DNA of 64,000 bases from an uncultured Methanosarcinales archaeon (GCA_964461035.1 CAYWRI010000003.1:3213-67212), one strand, 5' to 3'; positions 1 to 9,672 are shown, counted from the first letter of the stretch. Made by a program: numbers and translations. The notes: generated from the sequence alone by a model not told the origin.

Positions 1-70
1 TCAGAATTGATATGTATACTTTGTTTGGAATATCATCTTCATTATCAGGATTTAATTTAAGCACAAATAA

Positions 71-571
71 TTGGATGCCCGTTTGCAGTGTGTGTCCATG
101 ATAATTAAAATGGGAAAAATAACAAAAGATACAGCTTTATTTGAGTTAACACTAAGAAAATATGAAAAACCTCAAAGTCTTGAAGATCGAGAACTAGTTA
201 GAAAACTCTGTTTATCATTAGGTGTTTTACAACCAGGTGATTCAAGAGATGTTATAGTGGACATACTCTGGGTTTTTCTTAAGAATAAATCTAAACTAAT
301 GTCAAGTAGAGAAATCGAAGAAAAGACTATTGAACTTAGAACAAAACTAAATCAACCATTAAAAGGTATAGCTCCAAGTAATATACGACGACAAATACTA
401 AGATTAAGAGACATATTTCTTATTGAAAAAATTAATACAGAATATAAAATAAGAGAAAACAATACTTTTTCAGAAATATTCTCTGAAAACATAGAAAGAT
501 ACTATCTAAAATCAATACTTGATAGAGTTAAAGAATATCTTAAAGAAACTGATAAACGATTTGAGTTGTAG
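71..571 (+). CDS. Hypothetical protein, possibly winged-helix-like. The TTG at 71 may be replaced by an ATG at 98 as the real start.
   Basis: ORF with no recognisable catalytic motif; charged, helical composition. The frame is closed by TAA at 68-70, so the start lies inside the window. Confidence 0.3.
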   Translation: MDARLQCVSMIIKMGKITKDTALFELTLRKYEKPQSLEDRELVRKLCLSLGVLQPGDSRDVIVDILWVFLKNKSKLMSSREIEEKTIELRTKLNQPLKGIAPSNIRRQILRLRDIFLIEKINTEYKIRENNTFSEIFSENIERYYLKSILDRVKEYLKETDKRFEL

Positions 572-572
572 T

Positions 573-1145
573 ATGAATAAAATAATTAGTCTAATTGGGC
601 CTAGAACTGTTGGCAAAACAACAATTGGGAAAGAATTAAGTTTAATTTCTGGTTATAAATTAATTGATATTGATCAGATAATGTTAAAAGTTCTAAAAAA
701 TAAAGGAAAAATATTTGGTTATGCAAACAAATATGGTTGGAATAAATATTTTGAAAAAGTTAATAAAAAATTAAATAAAATAATAAAAGATAACAAAAAC
801 AAAAACATGATATTAGATTTAGGTGGAGGGACAATTGCAGCAAATTATCCTTCATGTAATCTGAATGCAAAATTCATTAAAAAAAATTCAACAACCTTCT
901 TAATTTTGCCAACTGTTAACAATGAAGAAAATATAAAAATCCTTTTCAAAAGAGAAAAAAATAGAAATAAATCTGATAGTAATATTTGGGTCACAGGTTG
1001 GTCAGAAGAAAAACTTAATAAAAAGGTCAAAAATGATTATGTTACAAGAATATCAACTTTTAAGAAGTATGCAAATTTCAGTGTTTATACAAAATATAAA
1101 TCTCCTAAACAAGTTGCTAAAAATATATTGAAGGAGTTTAATTAA
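573..1145 (+). CDS. P-loop nucleoside/shikimate-kinase-like kinase. Start re-set to the internal ATG at 573 to avoid overlap with the upstream ORF.
   Basis: Walker A 'LIGPRTVGKTTIGKEL', followed by 'LIDID' and 'LDLGGGTI'. This resembles the AroK/gluconokinase-type layout (GxxGxGKST ... DxD ... GGG). Confidence 0.45.
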   Translation: MNKIISLIGPRTVGKTTIGKELSLISGYKLIDIDQIMLKVLKNKGKIFGYANKYGWNKYFEKVNKKLNKIIKDNKNKNMILDLGGGTIAANYPSCNLNAKFIKKNSTTFLILPTVNNEENIKILFKREKNRNKSDSNIWVTGWSEEKLNKKVKNDYVTRISTFKKYANFSVYTKYKSPKQVAKNILKEFN

Positions 1146-1146
1146 A

Positions 1147-2400
1147 ATGGTCTATATGTCTGAAGATGATTCAGATTTGTTATTGGAAATTGTAAAAAGA
1201 GAATTATTTGATTTAAATTACAACCCTTTTTTCTTAGATATGGGCACAGGTTCAGGAATAATAAGTTTAAATATTTTTAATAAAGTGAAAGAAGTTTATG
1301 CTGTTGATATTGACCAAAAATCAATTAACTACATTCATAATAAAATAAATTCTCTAAACAATTCAATAATAATTAAAGACCAACGTAAAAATAATAAACA
1401 AATAAAGACTTCAAACAATAATTCGGTAGTAGACTTAAAAAAATCAGAACAACAATCCAAAATAAAAAACATTCATCTTGTAAGATCTGATTTATATTCA
1501 AATCTTAATTTTCTCAAAGCGAAATTTGATATTATCTCATTTAATCCACCATACTTACCTGATGAAAAGAATAAAAAAGACAATGATATTGCATTAAATG
1601 GTGGAAAACAAGGTTATGAAACAATAATAAAATTTCTTGAAAATTCAAAGGATTACTTAAAAAAAGATGGTTTTATTCTGCTTTTATTCTCTTCAAAAAG
1701 CAAAAAAAACATTATTTTTCAAAAAGCTAAAGCTCTTAACTATTCATGTTCACTATTAGCAAAAAAAGGTCTTTTCTTTGAAAAATTATATGTTTACAAA
1801 ATAAAACCCTCTGAGTATTTTCTTGCTCAAGGAAAAAGAGGAAAAATATATTTCTTTGAAAAAAATAATGAAAAATTCATAAGAAAAATGGCATTGAAAG
1901 AAAGCAAAGCCATGGGAAACATAGAAAATGAAGCAAGATTTAATCAATTATTGAACAAACACGATATTGGTCCAAAATTTATAAGTTATAATAAAGAAAA
2001 CAATTCTTTAATACGAGAATTTATTGAAGGTGAATTCTTAGGAGATTATTTAATTTCCCATTTAGAAAAAGAAATAATATCTGTTCTAAAAAAAATACTT
2101 TTGTTAATGTTAGAACTTGACTCACTAAAAATTAATAAACAAGAAATGACAAATCCTTACAAAAATATAATTGTAACAAACAATGGAGTTCCAGAACTAA
2201 TCGATTTTGAGAGGTGTAGATTTTCTCAAACTCCTAAGAATACAACTCAATTCCTACAATATTTATCTTCAAATCCTTTAAAATTAATACTTAAAAAAAA
2301 GAAAATAAACTTTAATAGACAAGAAACAATGCGTATTTCTAAGAAATACAAAGAAACCTATAATAAAAATTTAATTCTGGAATTTATTAAGAAATTATAA
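1147..2400 (+). CDS. HemK/Mtq2-like (N5-glutamine) methyltransferase fused to a C-terminal Bud32/RIO-like atypical kinase-fold domain
   Basis: The N-terminal half has SAM-binding 'LDMGTGSGII' and catalytic 'FNPPYLPD' (NPPY) motifs. The C-terminal half has 'LAQGKRGKIY' (Gly-loop-like), 'REFIEGEFL' and 'LIDFE' (DFG-like), arranged as in Bud32/RIO kinases. No canonical HxD catalytic loop is seen. Confidence 0.55.
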   Translation: MVYMSEDDSDLLLEIVKRELFDLNYNPFFLDMGTGSGIISLNIFNKVKEVYAVDIDQKSINYIHNKINSLNNSIIIKDQRKNNKQIKTSNNNSVVDLKKSEQQSKIKNIHLVRSDLYSNLNFLKAKFDIISFNPPYLPDEKNKKDNDIALNGGKQGYETIIKFLENSKDYLKKDGFILLLFSSKSKKNIIFQKAKALNYSCSLLAKKGLFFEKLYVYKIKPSEYFLAQGKRGKIYFFEKNNEKFIRKMALKESKAMGNIENEARFNQLLNKHDIGPKFISYNKENNSLIREFIEGEFLGDYLISHLEKEIISVLKKILLLMLELDSLKINKQEMTNPYKNIIVTNNGVPELIDFERCRFSQTPKNTTQFLQYLSSNPLKLILKKKKINFNRQETMRISKKYKETYNKNLILEFIKKL

Positions 2401-2540
2401 TTAAATTGAATATTAATCCGGTTATTTCTTAATAAAAGAAGAAGCAACCATCAATATTCTGCAATCTGTAAAAGGAAGTTATTCTAATCCCTTCAGAGAA
2501 TTAACAAATTTTATAAACACATAATTTTATATTACTGGAT

Positions 2541-3089
2541 ATGCAGCACCATAGAAAATTAGTTAATGCAATGCACAAAAATGCATGGTCTAAAGAAGAA
2601 ATAGCTGAAAGTGTGGAAAAATTGCATAAATTTAGAACTCAAGAATCTAAATCTTTAATGATTAGTAAATACTGGATTAACATAGTTTTAATTTTTCTTT
2701 CAGTTGTCTTTAGCATTTCAATTTTGGTTCCAATAATTTTTGTAACAGATAAACTTACAGCTTTAACTATAACTATATTTTTTGGATTAATAATGGGCCT
2801 TACTCTAACAAATTCAATTTTGAGTTTAGAAGATTTTAATAATAAACATAAATTAATGTCGGATGTAATATTGTTTATTGTAATTTTAATACTTTCTTTT
2901 ATTACACTTAAATTAATTTTTAATTACATAAACTTTAATAAAACGCCAATTTATTATTGTGTAAGTTTTGCAATTAGTTTTGCTATTCCTACCTTAATTT
3001 CAAAATTACATTACATTCATGAAACTAAGAAATTGCAAAAAAACAAAAATAAAAAAACAAAACTTAAATATTATAAGAATATAAAATGA
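2541..3089 (+). CDS. Hypothetical integral membrane protein
   Basis: Several long hydrophobic segments (for example 'WINIVLIFLSVVFSISILVPIIFV'). Overlaps the next ORF by 4 nt. Confidence 0.4.
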   Translation: MQHHRKLVNAMHKNAWSKEEIAESVEKLHKFRTQESKSLMISKYWINIVLIFLSVVFSISILVPIIFVTDKLTALTITIFFGLIMGLTLTNSILSLEDFNNKHKLMSDVILFIVILILSFITLKLIFNYINFNKTPIYYCVSFAISFAIPTLISKLHYIHETKKLQKNKNKKTKLKYYKNIK

Positions 3090-3493
3090 AAAAGATGAAT
3101 ATTAAAGAATGGACAGAAGTTTATTTCAGGCATAAAGATTTGTTTGAAAAATCACTTGATAATATAAAAGAAGAAGAAAATCATTTAATACTTGAATATA
3201 AAAATAGAAAAGATGTAGCAATACTAAGACCTGTTTTTGATGATTCAATCTTTGAAGAATTACATACTTTAGAAAATAAATATGATAAAAAATTCATTGT
3301 ATGTTCAAAAGCAAGTACAAATGTAGAATTCTTGATTAAAAATTGGAAAAGATTTTTAATAAAAAAATTAGTTATCATATTTGTAGACATAATTACAAAC
3401 AATAAGATTCTCATAAACACTTATTTACATAACATGGTTTCTGATACGGATAAACTAGACATTTCTGTTAAAACACTTTTTGCTAATCAATAA
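3086..3493 (+). CDS. Hypothetical protein
   Basis: ORF translationally coupled to the upstream membrane protein; no motif recognised. Confidence 0.35.
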   Translation: MKKMNIKEWTEVYFRHKDLFEKSLDNIKEEENHLILEYKNRKDVAILRPVFDDSIFEELHTLENKYDKKFIVCSKASTNVEFLIKNWKRFLIKKLVIIFVDIITNNKILINTYLHNMVSDTDKLDISVKTLFANQ

Positions 3494-3496
3494 TAT

Positions 3497-3820
3497 TTAT
3501 TTCTTAGAACTTTTTTTAACAGTTTTCTTTTTAGTGGCTTTTCTCTTAGTTTTCTTCTTTTTAACAGGTTTTTTTTGAGTTGGTTTAGCAACAACTTTAT
3601 CTGCTTCTTTAAGAAATTCTTTAACATGTTTTTCAACAAGGTCTTTTATTTTTTTATTTGACTCCACAGAATGTTTAATTATATCTTTTGCAAGTTTTTT
3701 AGATTGAACAGCATCAAGATTGTATTTATCTTTAAGTTCTTTCATAAGAACATCTAAATGCTCTTTACCTATGTAAGCAAGACCAAAACCAAATTGTAAA
3801 GTTTTTTTTAATATATCCAT
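3497..3820 (-). CDS. Hypothetical small protein with a Lys-rich C-terminal tail
   Basis: 107-aa ORF ending 'KKPVKKKKTKRKATKKKTVKKSSKK'; helical N-terminal part. Confidence 0.4.
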   Translation of the reverse strand: MDILKKTLQFGFGLAYIGKEHLDVLMKELKDKYNLDAVQSKKLAKDIIKHSVESNKKIKDLVEKHVKEFLKEADKVVAKPTQKKPVKKKKTKRKATKKKTVKKSSKK

Positions 3821-3863
3821 TTTATTACCTCCCGTAAATATAACATTTATTTATTTTTATTAT

Positions 3864-5525
3864 TTAATAATTTTCTTGTTTATTAGTATTCGTATTCATC
3901 ATTCTTATTAAACGTATTAATAAAATTAAAGCAAGTAAAAATGTTATATATCCTAGATTAATTCCGAGTATTGTTGTTGCTTTACCAGCATAAAAAAATA
4001 TTGGTGTGGCAATAAATAATGCTGCAATTATATATGATATTGATTTTTTATTACTGGAAGAATCCATATGTTTTTCTATATCTTTAATTTCTTGATCTTC
4101 AACATGAAATTCAAAGTTACCTGATTCAATTTTTTTAAGAAATTCTATCAAATGTTCAGGAAGCTCGGTATATAAATCCCTATTTGAAATCATTTTTTTA
4201 ATTGTTTTCTTTGCAATATTTATAGGATTATACTTTTCCGCAACAATCTTTTCAATATTTGGACGCATCATTTCCTCAATATTTGTTTTAGGATAAATTT
4301 CTAAGCCAATACCTTCAAGATCCACAAGTGATTTTACTAAAAGCATTACACTTGATGGAAAAACCAAACCATGATTTACACCTGAATTTATTCCTTTATA
4401 CGCAGTCAAAATAAAACTACACTTACCAATTGATTTTCCATACCAATTCTTTATTATTTCTTTAGCGTCTTTTTTAAATGATTCAAGTTGTGCATTCTCA
4501 GTTTTTTCAGATAAATTAATAAGTCCTTGAATACATTGATTTATATCTTCATTAATTAAAGCTACAAAAACTTCACTTATTTTTGTTCTTATTTCTTTAC
4601 TTATATAACCAACCATTCCAAAATCAAGAAGTAAAGGAGTGTTATTTTTTGCAATAAAAATGTTTCCCGGATGTGGATCTGCATGAAAAAATCCGTCAAC
4701 AAAAATCATTTTGGAAAAAGAATTTATCAATTTTTGACAAAATTCTTTTCTATCATCTTCATTTTTAAATTTATGATAATATATATTTTCAGCTTTTTCA
4801 AATTCTAAAACCAGAATCTTATCTGTTGTAAATTCTTCAAAAGTTTTTGGAATTATAACGTTTTGTTCTTTTAAATTTTCACGAATAATATTTATGTTTT
4901 CTACTTCTTTTCTAAAGTTAAGTTCATTCAGTGTCCATTCTGCATACTCTTTTATTATTTCAACAAGATTATAATTTCTTAGCTTAGGAAAATGCTTATC
5001 TAATAAATGTGCTAGGAAAAAAAGAATATCAAGATCTCTTAGAATAATCTTTTTTGCATCAGGTTTCTGAACTTTTACAACTACTTCTTCCCCTGTCTTT
5101 AATTTTGCTCTATGAACCTGTGCTAAAGATGCAGTTGCAAGAGGGCTTTTATTAAAACTAGCAAATAATTTATTTAATTTTTTACCTGTTTCTAATTCAA
5201 TAGTTTTTTTAACCACAAAATATGAAATTGGTTTTGAATGCTCTTGCAATTTTCTTAACTCTTTACAATATTCATCAGGAACCATATCAGGTCTTACACT
5301 TAGTATTTGTCCTAATTTAATAAATGCGGGACCCAATCTTTCAAAAGCTCTTCTTAATCTTACTGGGTGTGAATCAATAATATTTTTATTTTTCTTAGAA
5401 CTTTTTTTAACAAAATGATGCAAATTTATTTTACTAATAGCAAAATCAAATCCTTCTTCAAAAAACACACTAAGAATCTTACTAAATCTACTTATATCTT
5501 TTATGTTTTCAGACAATTTACTCAT
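3864..5525 (-). CDS. ABC1/UbiB (AarF)-family atypical kinase with a C-terminal membrane anchor
   Basis: 'FERLGPAFIKLGQILSVRPDMVPDEY' and 'ASLAQVHRAKLKTGEEVVVKVQKPD' are hallmark ABC1/UbiB motifs. 'HADPHPGNIF' and 'DFG' are also present. Two C-terminal TM helices. Confidence 0.8.
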   Translation of the reverse strand: MSKLSENIKDISRFSKILSVFFEEGFDFAISKINLHHFVKKSSKKNKNIIDSHPVRLRRAFERLGPAFIKLGQILSVRPDMVPDEYCKELRKLQEHSKPISYFVVKKTIELETGKKLNKLFASFNKSPLATASLAQVHRAKLKTGEEVVVKVQKPDAKKIILRDLDILFFLAHLLDKHFPKLRNYNLVEIIKEYAEWTLNELNFRKEVENINIIRENLKEQNVIIPKTFEEFTTDKILVLEFEKAENIYYHKFKNEDDRKEFCQKLINSFSKMIFVDGFFHADPHPGNIFIAKNNTPLLLDFGMVGYISKEIRTKISEVFVALINEDINQCIQGLINLSEKTENAQLESFKKDAKEIIKNWYGKSIGKCSFILTAYKGINSGVNHGLVFPSSVMLLVKSLVDLEGIGLEIYPKTNIEEMMRPNIEKIVAEKYNPINIAKKTIKKMISNRDLYTELPEHLIEFLKKIESGNFEFHVEDQEIKDIEKHMDSSSNKKSISYIIAALFIATPIFFYAGKATTILGINLGYITFLLALILLIRLIRMMNTNTNKQENY

Positions 5526-5690
5526 ATTCTTATCTTAACATCGAGTTTTTAAAAATCTTTTCAAATTTTAGTTGTAAACAGATAAAACTTTTATCATAAT
5601 TTATCGAGATATTGTTTCTGCTTCTTTGTTGTCCTTTTTTTTATAGAAAAAATGGCAGAAGCTAAGAAATAGTGTGGTATGGACGCTGAC

Positions 5691-5993
5691 TTACTCCACA
5701 TTGTCAAGAATAATCTTATTCTTAAAACCGCCTCTTTCATTCATTTTTTTAGAACGAATTTTCTCGATTTCTTCTTTTGAAAAACCTTTGAAATCATAAA
5801 TAGCATAAAGAACTTCTTGAATATCAGCTAATTCTTCAGAATTATTATCTTCTAAAAACTCATTAACTTCTTCTAAAAGCTTACTTTTCAATTCATTCCA
5901 ATATTCTTCATCATTAGCGATATGTGTTTTTGATATTTTATTAGACTTTTTTATGATTTCAGGTATTTTATCTCTAACTAATTTTGGTTTCAT
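5691..5993 (-). CDS. MazG/HisE-like all-alpha NTP pyrophosphohydrolase
   Basis: 'LVRDKIPEII ... EELADIQEVLYAI ... ERGGF' matches the small MazG-like NTP-PPase family pattern. Confidence 0.5.
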   Translation of the reverse strand: MKPKLVRDKIPEIIKKSNKISKTHIANDEEYWNELKSKLLEEVNEFLEDNNSEELADIQEVLYAIYDFKGFSKEEIEKIRSKKMNERGGFKNKIILDNVE

Positions 5994-6163
5994 ATTATAA
6001 AAAAAAGCGGTTTTATTTATTAATTTATTGTAAGTAGCTTTGAAAAAATCATAAATAACATATTATTCTACTTCTATTACTAACTCTTTAGAATAAATAT
6101 AAGGTTTTCACAAAACTTTTAAAAGAATCTTATTTCATAAAATGAATTGAGTGGGGTGTAACA

Positions 6164-6925
6164 ATGGGTTTAATTGATCCTTTATTAGATTGGATTTTGT
6201 ATTTTAGTCCCTTTATGGGAATAGTCATAATTTCATTAATTATGTCTTTATTAACTACAATCATATACAAATTTGCTTCTGACCAGAAAAAGATAAAGAC
6301 GATAAAAGAAAGAATGAAAGAACTTCAAAAAAAAATGAAGATCATTCCTAAAGATCAGCCAGAAAAAATGATGGCAATAAATTCCGAGATGATGAAACTA
6401 AATGGTCCTATGATGAAAGAATCATTTAAATCAACATTTTATACAATAATTCCTTCCTTACTAATACTTGCCTGGATGAGTGCAAATCTTGCTTTTTATC
6501 CATTATATACAGAACAACCTTTTACTGTAACAGCAGAATTTAATGAAGGTGTTACGGGAAGTGTTTCAATGAGTGAACTACCTCAGGGATTTAATTATTT
6601 AAATAGTGCTGAACAAAACATTACTGATTCTCAAGCTATTTGGAGACTTCAAGCAGATTCTCCTGGAACTTATACTGCAATAATAGAATTTCAGAATAAA
6701 GACTTTAATCAAGATATACTTATTGTTGAAACACCTGATAGAAAATATTCTAATCCTGAACAAATAGTTAAATCAGGTGGTTTAAATAAAATAACTGTAA
6801 GCAATAACAAAGTAAAACCTTTTGAAGGAGCACCAATAGTGGGTGGATTAAATTGGTTATGGGCTTATATTTTAATAACGGTCATTATGAGTTCTGTTTT
6901 AAGAAAAGTCTTTAAGATATATTAA
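6164..6925 (+). CDS. DUF106/Oxa1-superfamily (YidC/EMC3-like) membrane insertase homologue with a C-terminal extension
   Basis: TM1, then a basic coiled-coil 'KERMKELQKKMK', then TM2/TM3 ('FYTIIPSLLILAWMSANLAFYP'), typical of archaeal DUF106. About 120 aa of extra soluble region and a final TM follow. Confidence 0.5.
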   Translation: MGLIDPLLDWILYFSPFMGIVIISLIMSLLTTIIYKFASDQKKIKTIKERMKELQKKMKIIPKDQPEKMMAINSEMMKLNGPMMKESFKSTFYTIIPSLLILAWMSANLAFYPLYTEQPFTVTAEFNEGVTGSVSMSELPQGFNYLNSAEQNITDSQAIWRLQADSPGTYTAIIEFQNKDFNQDILIVETPDRKYSNPEQIVKSGGLNKITVSNNKVKPFEGAPIVGGLNWLWAYILITVIMSSVLRKVFKIY

Positions 6926-7088
6926 ATATTGCTTTTTTTCTTTTTTATGTATTCTTTTAATTATAAATATCATTTTTAACAAACACCTATTTAATTCTAA
7001 TTAGAATAATATTTTATGAAATTTATAACTTTAAATTACATATAATTTAGAAAAATTATAAAAAAAATTAAAATAAATAAAAAAATAA

Positions 7089-7709
7089 CTACTTGATATT
7101 TTTATTATCTTTTTTCCTATACTTAGGAGGATCATGTCTGTGCTTTTTTCTATAAACTGCAGCAGTACTAGGTCTGTGTTTTTCAGTTCCATGTCCCTTT
7201 GCATCAAGATGTCTTGATTTTCTTCCAGCACTGGTAAGTCCCCTGAAAACTCTTCCTCTTTTCTTAGCAAGATCGCTAAGACCTTTATTTGCAAGTATTT
7301 GAGGATGTTCTCTATCTATTAGAATAACTTCATACCATATGTATAATCCATCTTTAGTAATATAATAGCTATTCAAAACTTCACAATTAGTGTATTTTTT
7401 ATTAGCTCTTTCTTCACAGACTTGTTGATAAGATTTATTCAAGACTAAACTTCTACGATTGTGTTTAGGTCGTCTTCCTCTTTGATCATGAGGTCTTTCA
7501 TGTCCTCCTCTTGCAACTCTCTGTCTTACAATTAAATATCCTTGCTTTGCTTTATAACCAAGTTCTCTTGCTCTATCAATTCTAGTTGGTTTAGCAACTC
7601 TTATGGTTGCAAGTTCTTTTCTGTATCCTAATAATCTTTCTCTTGATAATTTTTTAGCTTCTATTGTGGGATTTTTCCACGCTTCTTTCATATATTTTTG
7701 ATAACCCAT
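7089..7709 (-). CDS. rpl15e: Ribosomal protein eL15 (L15e)
   Basis: 'MGYQKYMKEAW ... RARELGYKAKQGYLIVRQRVARGG ... VLNSYYI ... YEVILID' closely follows the eL15 consensus. Confidence 0.9.
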   Translation of the reverse strand: MGYQKYMKEAWKNPTIEAKKLSRERLLGYRKELATIRVAKPTRIDRARELGYKAKQGYLIVRQRVARGGHERPHDQRGRRPKHNRRSLVLNKSYQQVCEERANKKYTNCEVLNSYYITKDGLYIWYEVILIDREHPQILANKGLSDLAKKRGRVFRGLTSAGRKSRHLDAKGHGTEKHRPSTAAVYRKKHRHDPPKYRKKDNKNIK

Positions 7710-7765
7710 TTTTTTTCACCTTAAGGATTCAAAGTAGCTAATACTTCACATCTCCATCATAATAA

Positions 7766-8191
7766 TTATTTTTTCTCCTCTTCTTTTTTCTTTTCAACTT
7801 CTTTAGTTTCAGAAGTTTCAGCAGGTTTTTCCATTGGTTCAGGTCCATATTTAACTGTTTTCATATTTATTTGAACTGTGTTTTCATTAATAACACTGCC
7901 TGCAACGGTTTTTCTAAGTCTAATTCCTTTTCTTTTTCTTTTCTTTATGCCTACTCCTGAAGCAATAAGAATTTTTTTCCTTTGAGAACCATTAACATCT
8001 TTTCTCATAGGAAAACCACAATAATCAGAACCACCAGTTATTTGAAATTCATAACCTTTGAATCCGACAGCTTCACCTTTTATGATGTCACCAATTTTCT
8101 TTTCAATTAGAACTCTACAATCGTCGTCTTTAAGTTCTTTTTTATAACATTTTTTGGCTTTTGGACAGCCAATATTAAGTTTAAATTCCAT
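7766..8191 (-). CDS. rps6e: Ribosomal protein eS6 (S6e)
   Basis: 'FKLNIGCPKAKKCYKKELKDDD ... GYEFQITGGSDYCGFPMRKDV ... KKILIASGVGIKKRKRKGIRLRKTV' matches eS6. Confidence 0.9.
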   Translation of the reverse strand: MEFKLNIGCPKAKKCYKKELKDDDCRVLIEKKIGDIIKGEAVGFKGYEFQITGGSDYCGFPMRKDVNGSQRKKILIASGVGIKKRKRKGIRLRKTVAGSVINENTVQINMKTVKYGPEPMEKPAETSETKEVEKKKEEEKK

Positions 8192-8194
8192 TAT

Positions 8195-8247
8195 TGTCTC
8201 CTCCGAGCGCCCTTAACTTTGCAAGGACTCAGTCGATATAAATATAT
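8195..8247 (-). promoter_or_regulatory. Putative promoter and RBS of rps6e. On the minus strand a TATA-like 'TTTATAT' lies about 45-55 nt upstream and a 'GGAGGAG' Shine-Dalgarno 4-5 nt before the ATG.
   Basis: Read directly from the sequence: the plus strand carries 'ctcctcc' at 8195-8201 and 'atataaatatat' at 8236-8247. Confidence 0.4.
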
Positions 8248-8694
8248 GCGAACCTCATTTCATTTAAAAATCTTTTTGAATCTTTCTATCTTTTTTTAGA
8301 TTTAATTTAATGTTAAATAAAATAGAATTTTCACTTTTTAATAGAAGTAATCAGAGCTAAAAAATAGAGTGGGATTTTATTTATACTTTTTTTGAATTTC
8401 ATTTTTTCTTAAAAAAGTTGTAAAAATATAAATGTAAAATAGAAATAAAGATTTTTCAGACATCAGTTCTAATTTTGATAACCTTGGTTGTCTTTCTTGT
8501 ATTGTGTAGTTTGATATTTACTTAATCATGAAGTATCGCTAAAGCTTTTCGGATTGAACGCTGCAGACTCTAGATGCATTAATATTTATTTTGATTAACT
8601 CAATTAACTTAAGTAAGAAATATAATTTTGAACAATATAATCTACAATAAAAAATCAGTGAAATTTTTAAATGAATTTATATTCCTAATGAACT

Positions 8695-8874
8695 ATGGAA
8701 AATTCAACTAATGACGCTTTAGGCTTTTTCTTTTGTTATGATGAGGTATATAATCAAGCATCAACTTGGTTTAAAAAAAATGAAATTACAACACCTCTTT
8801 CATCTAGTGAACGGCAGGATCAACTAAGAGCATACACATCTGAAGCAAATGGACTTTATAATTCAAAAAGGTAA
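8695..8874 (+). CDS. Small hypothetical ORF (59 aa) below the ORF-track cutoff
   Basis: ATG...TAA ORF (MENSTNDALGFFFCYDEVYNQASTWFKK...) in the AT-rich islet upstream of the 8931 ORF. No homology recognised. Confidence 0.2.
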   Translation: MENSTNDALGFFFCYDEVYNQASTWFKKNEITTPLSSSERQDQLRAYTSEANGLYNSKR

Positions 8875-8930
8875 CTTCTTATATTTATTTAACAGTAAAG
8901 TTTAATAATGCCTATTGATTTGCATCATTA

Positions 8931-9461
8931 ATGGAAGATATACTGGTTCCAAATATTATTTTAACAAAACTTTATACTTTGCAAAAGGTAAGTGACTCTA
9001 AAATTGTGAGTTCAGGAAATTTATTATCTGATATTGCAATCGCACTTTATTTTGATTATTCTGGAAATTATTCTTCTGAAGGTTACATGTTTAAAATAAA
9101 TTCTTGTTCAGAGCGTCTTTGTGATATTTATCGTTTTAGAGCTAAAACAAAAAGGATTTTGGATGAAATAACTGAACATGTTGAGAGCAAAAATGTATCA
9201 AACGTTAAAGGCTGTGTTTTCGGTCAGTCTACTTATGTATTGGAAAAACAATATTTATCTAAAAGATTTTATTTTCATGGAACTTTATCTACTTTACTTA
9301 AACAGTATTTTTCTGAGCAAAATATTGATATGGATTGGCAATTAAAACCTGCAATGTTAGAATTATTTTTAGATTCTCAAACTGGTAGATTCTCAAAAAA
9401 TATTGTTCTTTACAAAAATTTATTAAAACACACAGAACCTACGAGCGTTCTTTTAATGTAG
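8931..9461 (+). CDS. Hypothetical protein
   Basis: 176-aa ORF; no recognisable motif. Confidence 0.4.
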   Translation: MEDILVPNIILTKLYTLQKVSDSKIVSSGNLLSDIAIALYFDYSGNYSSEGYMFKINSCSERLCDIYRFRAKTKRILDEITEHVESKNVSNVKGCVFGQSTYVLEKQYLSKRFYFHGTLSTLLKQYFSEQNIDMDWQLKPAMLELFLDSQTGRFSKNIVLYKNLLKHTEPTSVLLM

Positions 9462-9672
9462 GCTGTTTAAAAATATAAAAAATTAAATTGTTTTGCAATA
9501 TCATAAACTATCGGTTAATATGAAAACTTCTTTATTCTGAATTGTGTAACTTGTTACATGTGCCAACAATTTTTGGTTTAGCATAGAACTCAAAAATACA
9601 AAAAAGATAAAAGGTTTCACAATAGCCAATCATCTAGAAAGATTTAAATATCAATCTAAATTCTCAAGAAAT

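Noticed and set aside
845-1030. Short minus-strand ORFs embedded in larger genes: 845..1030, 3181..3420, 7031..7294, 10340..10537, 12871..13104, 19644..19829, 27902..28150, 28571..28864, 30031..30228, 32377..32583, 32895..33077, 38782..38964, 46381..46641, 47251..47523, 48267..48464, 48663..48845, 52156..52452, 54171..54398, 56778..57047, 59545..59742, 60214..60420, 62028..62234, 63566..63760.
   Set aside because: Each overlaps a longer ORF with clear family motifs on the other strand or frame. They have biased hydrophobic or low-complexity composition, typical of shadow ORFs in AT-rich DNA.
3497-5410. Exact 22-nt repeat 'tttcttagaactttttttaaca' at about 3503-3524 and about 5389-5410.
   Set aside because: Both copies encode the same 'VKKSSKK' peptide in Lys-rich regions of two minus-strand genes. 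With strong codon bias this identity is plausible by chance; no terminal repeats or mobile-element features.
8495-8580. Moderately GC-rich stretch 'cgctaaagcttttcggattgaacgctgcagactctagatgc' considered as a possible tRNA on the minus strand (contains GTTCAATCC).
   Set aside because: The T-stem flanks are not complementary (gcagc/ccgaa), and no acceptor or anticodon arm can be built.
8746-8840. Box C/D sRNA candidates: 'ATGATGA' at about 8746 with 'CTGA' about 90 nt downstream, and 'GTGATGA' at about 33843 with 'CTGA' about 80 nt downstream.
   Set aside because: The C-to-D spacing is far longer than the 50 to 60 nt archaeal norm. No internal D'/C' boxes and no terminal kink-turn stem could be identified.
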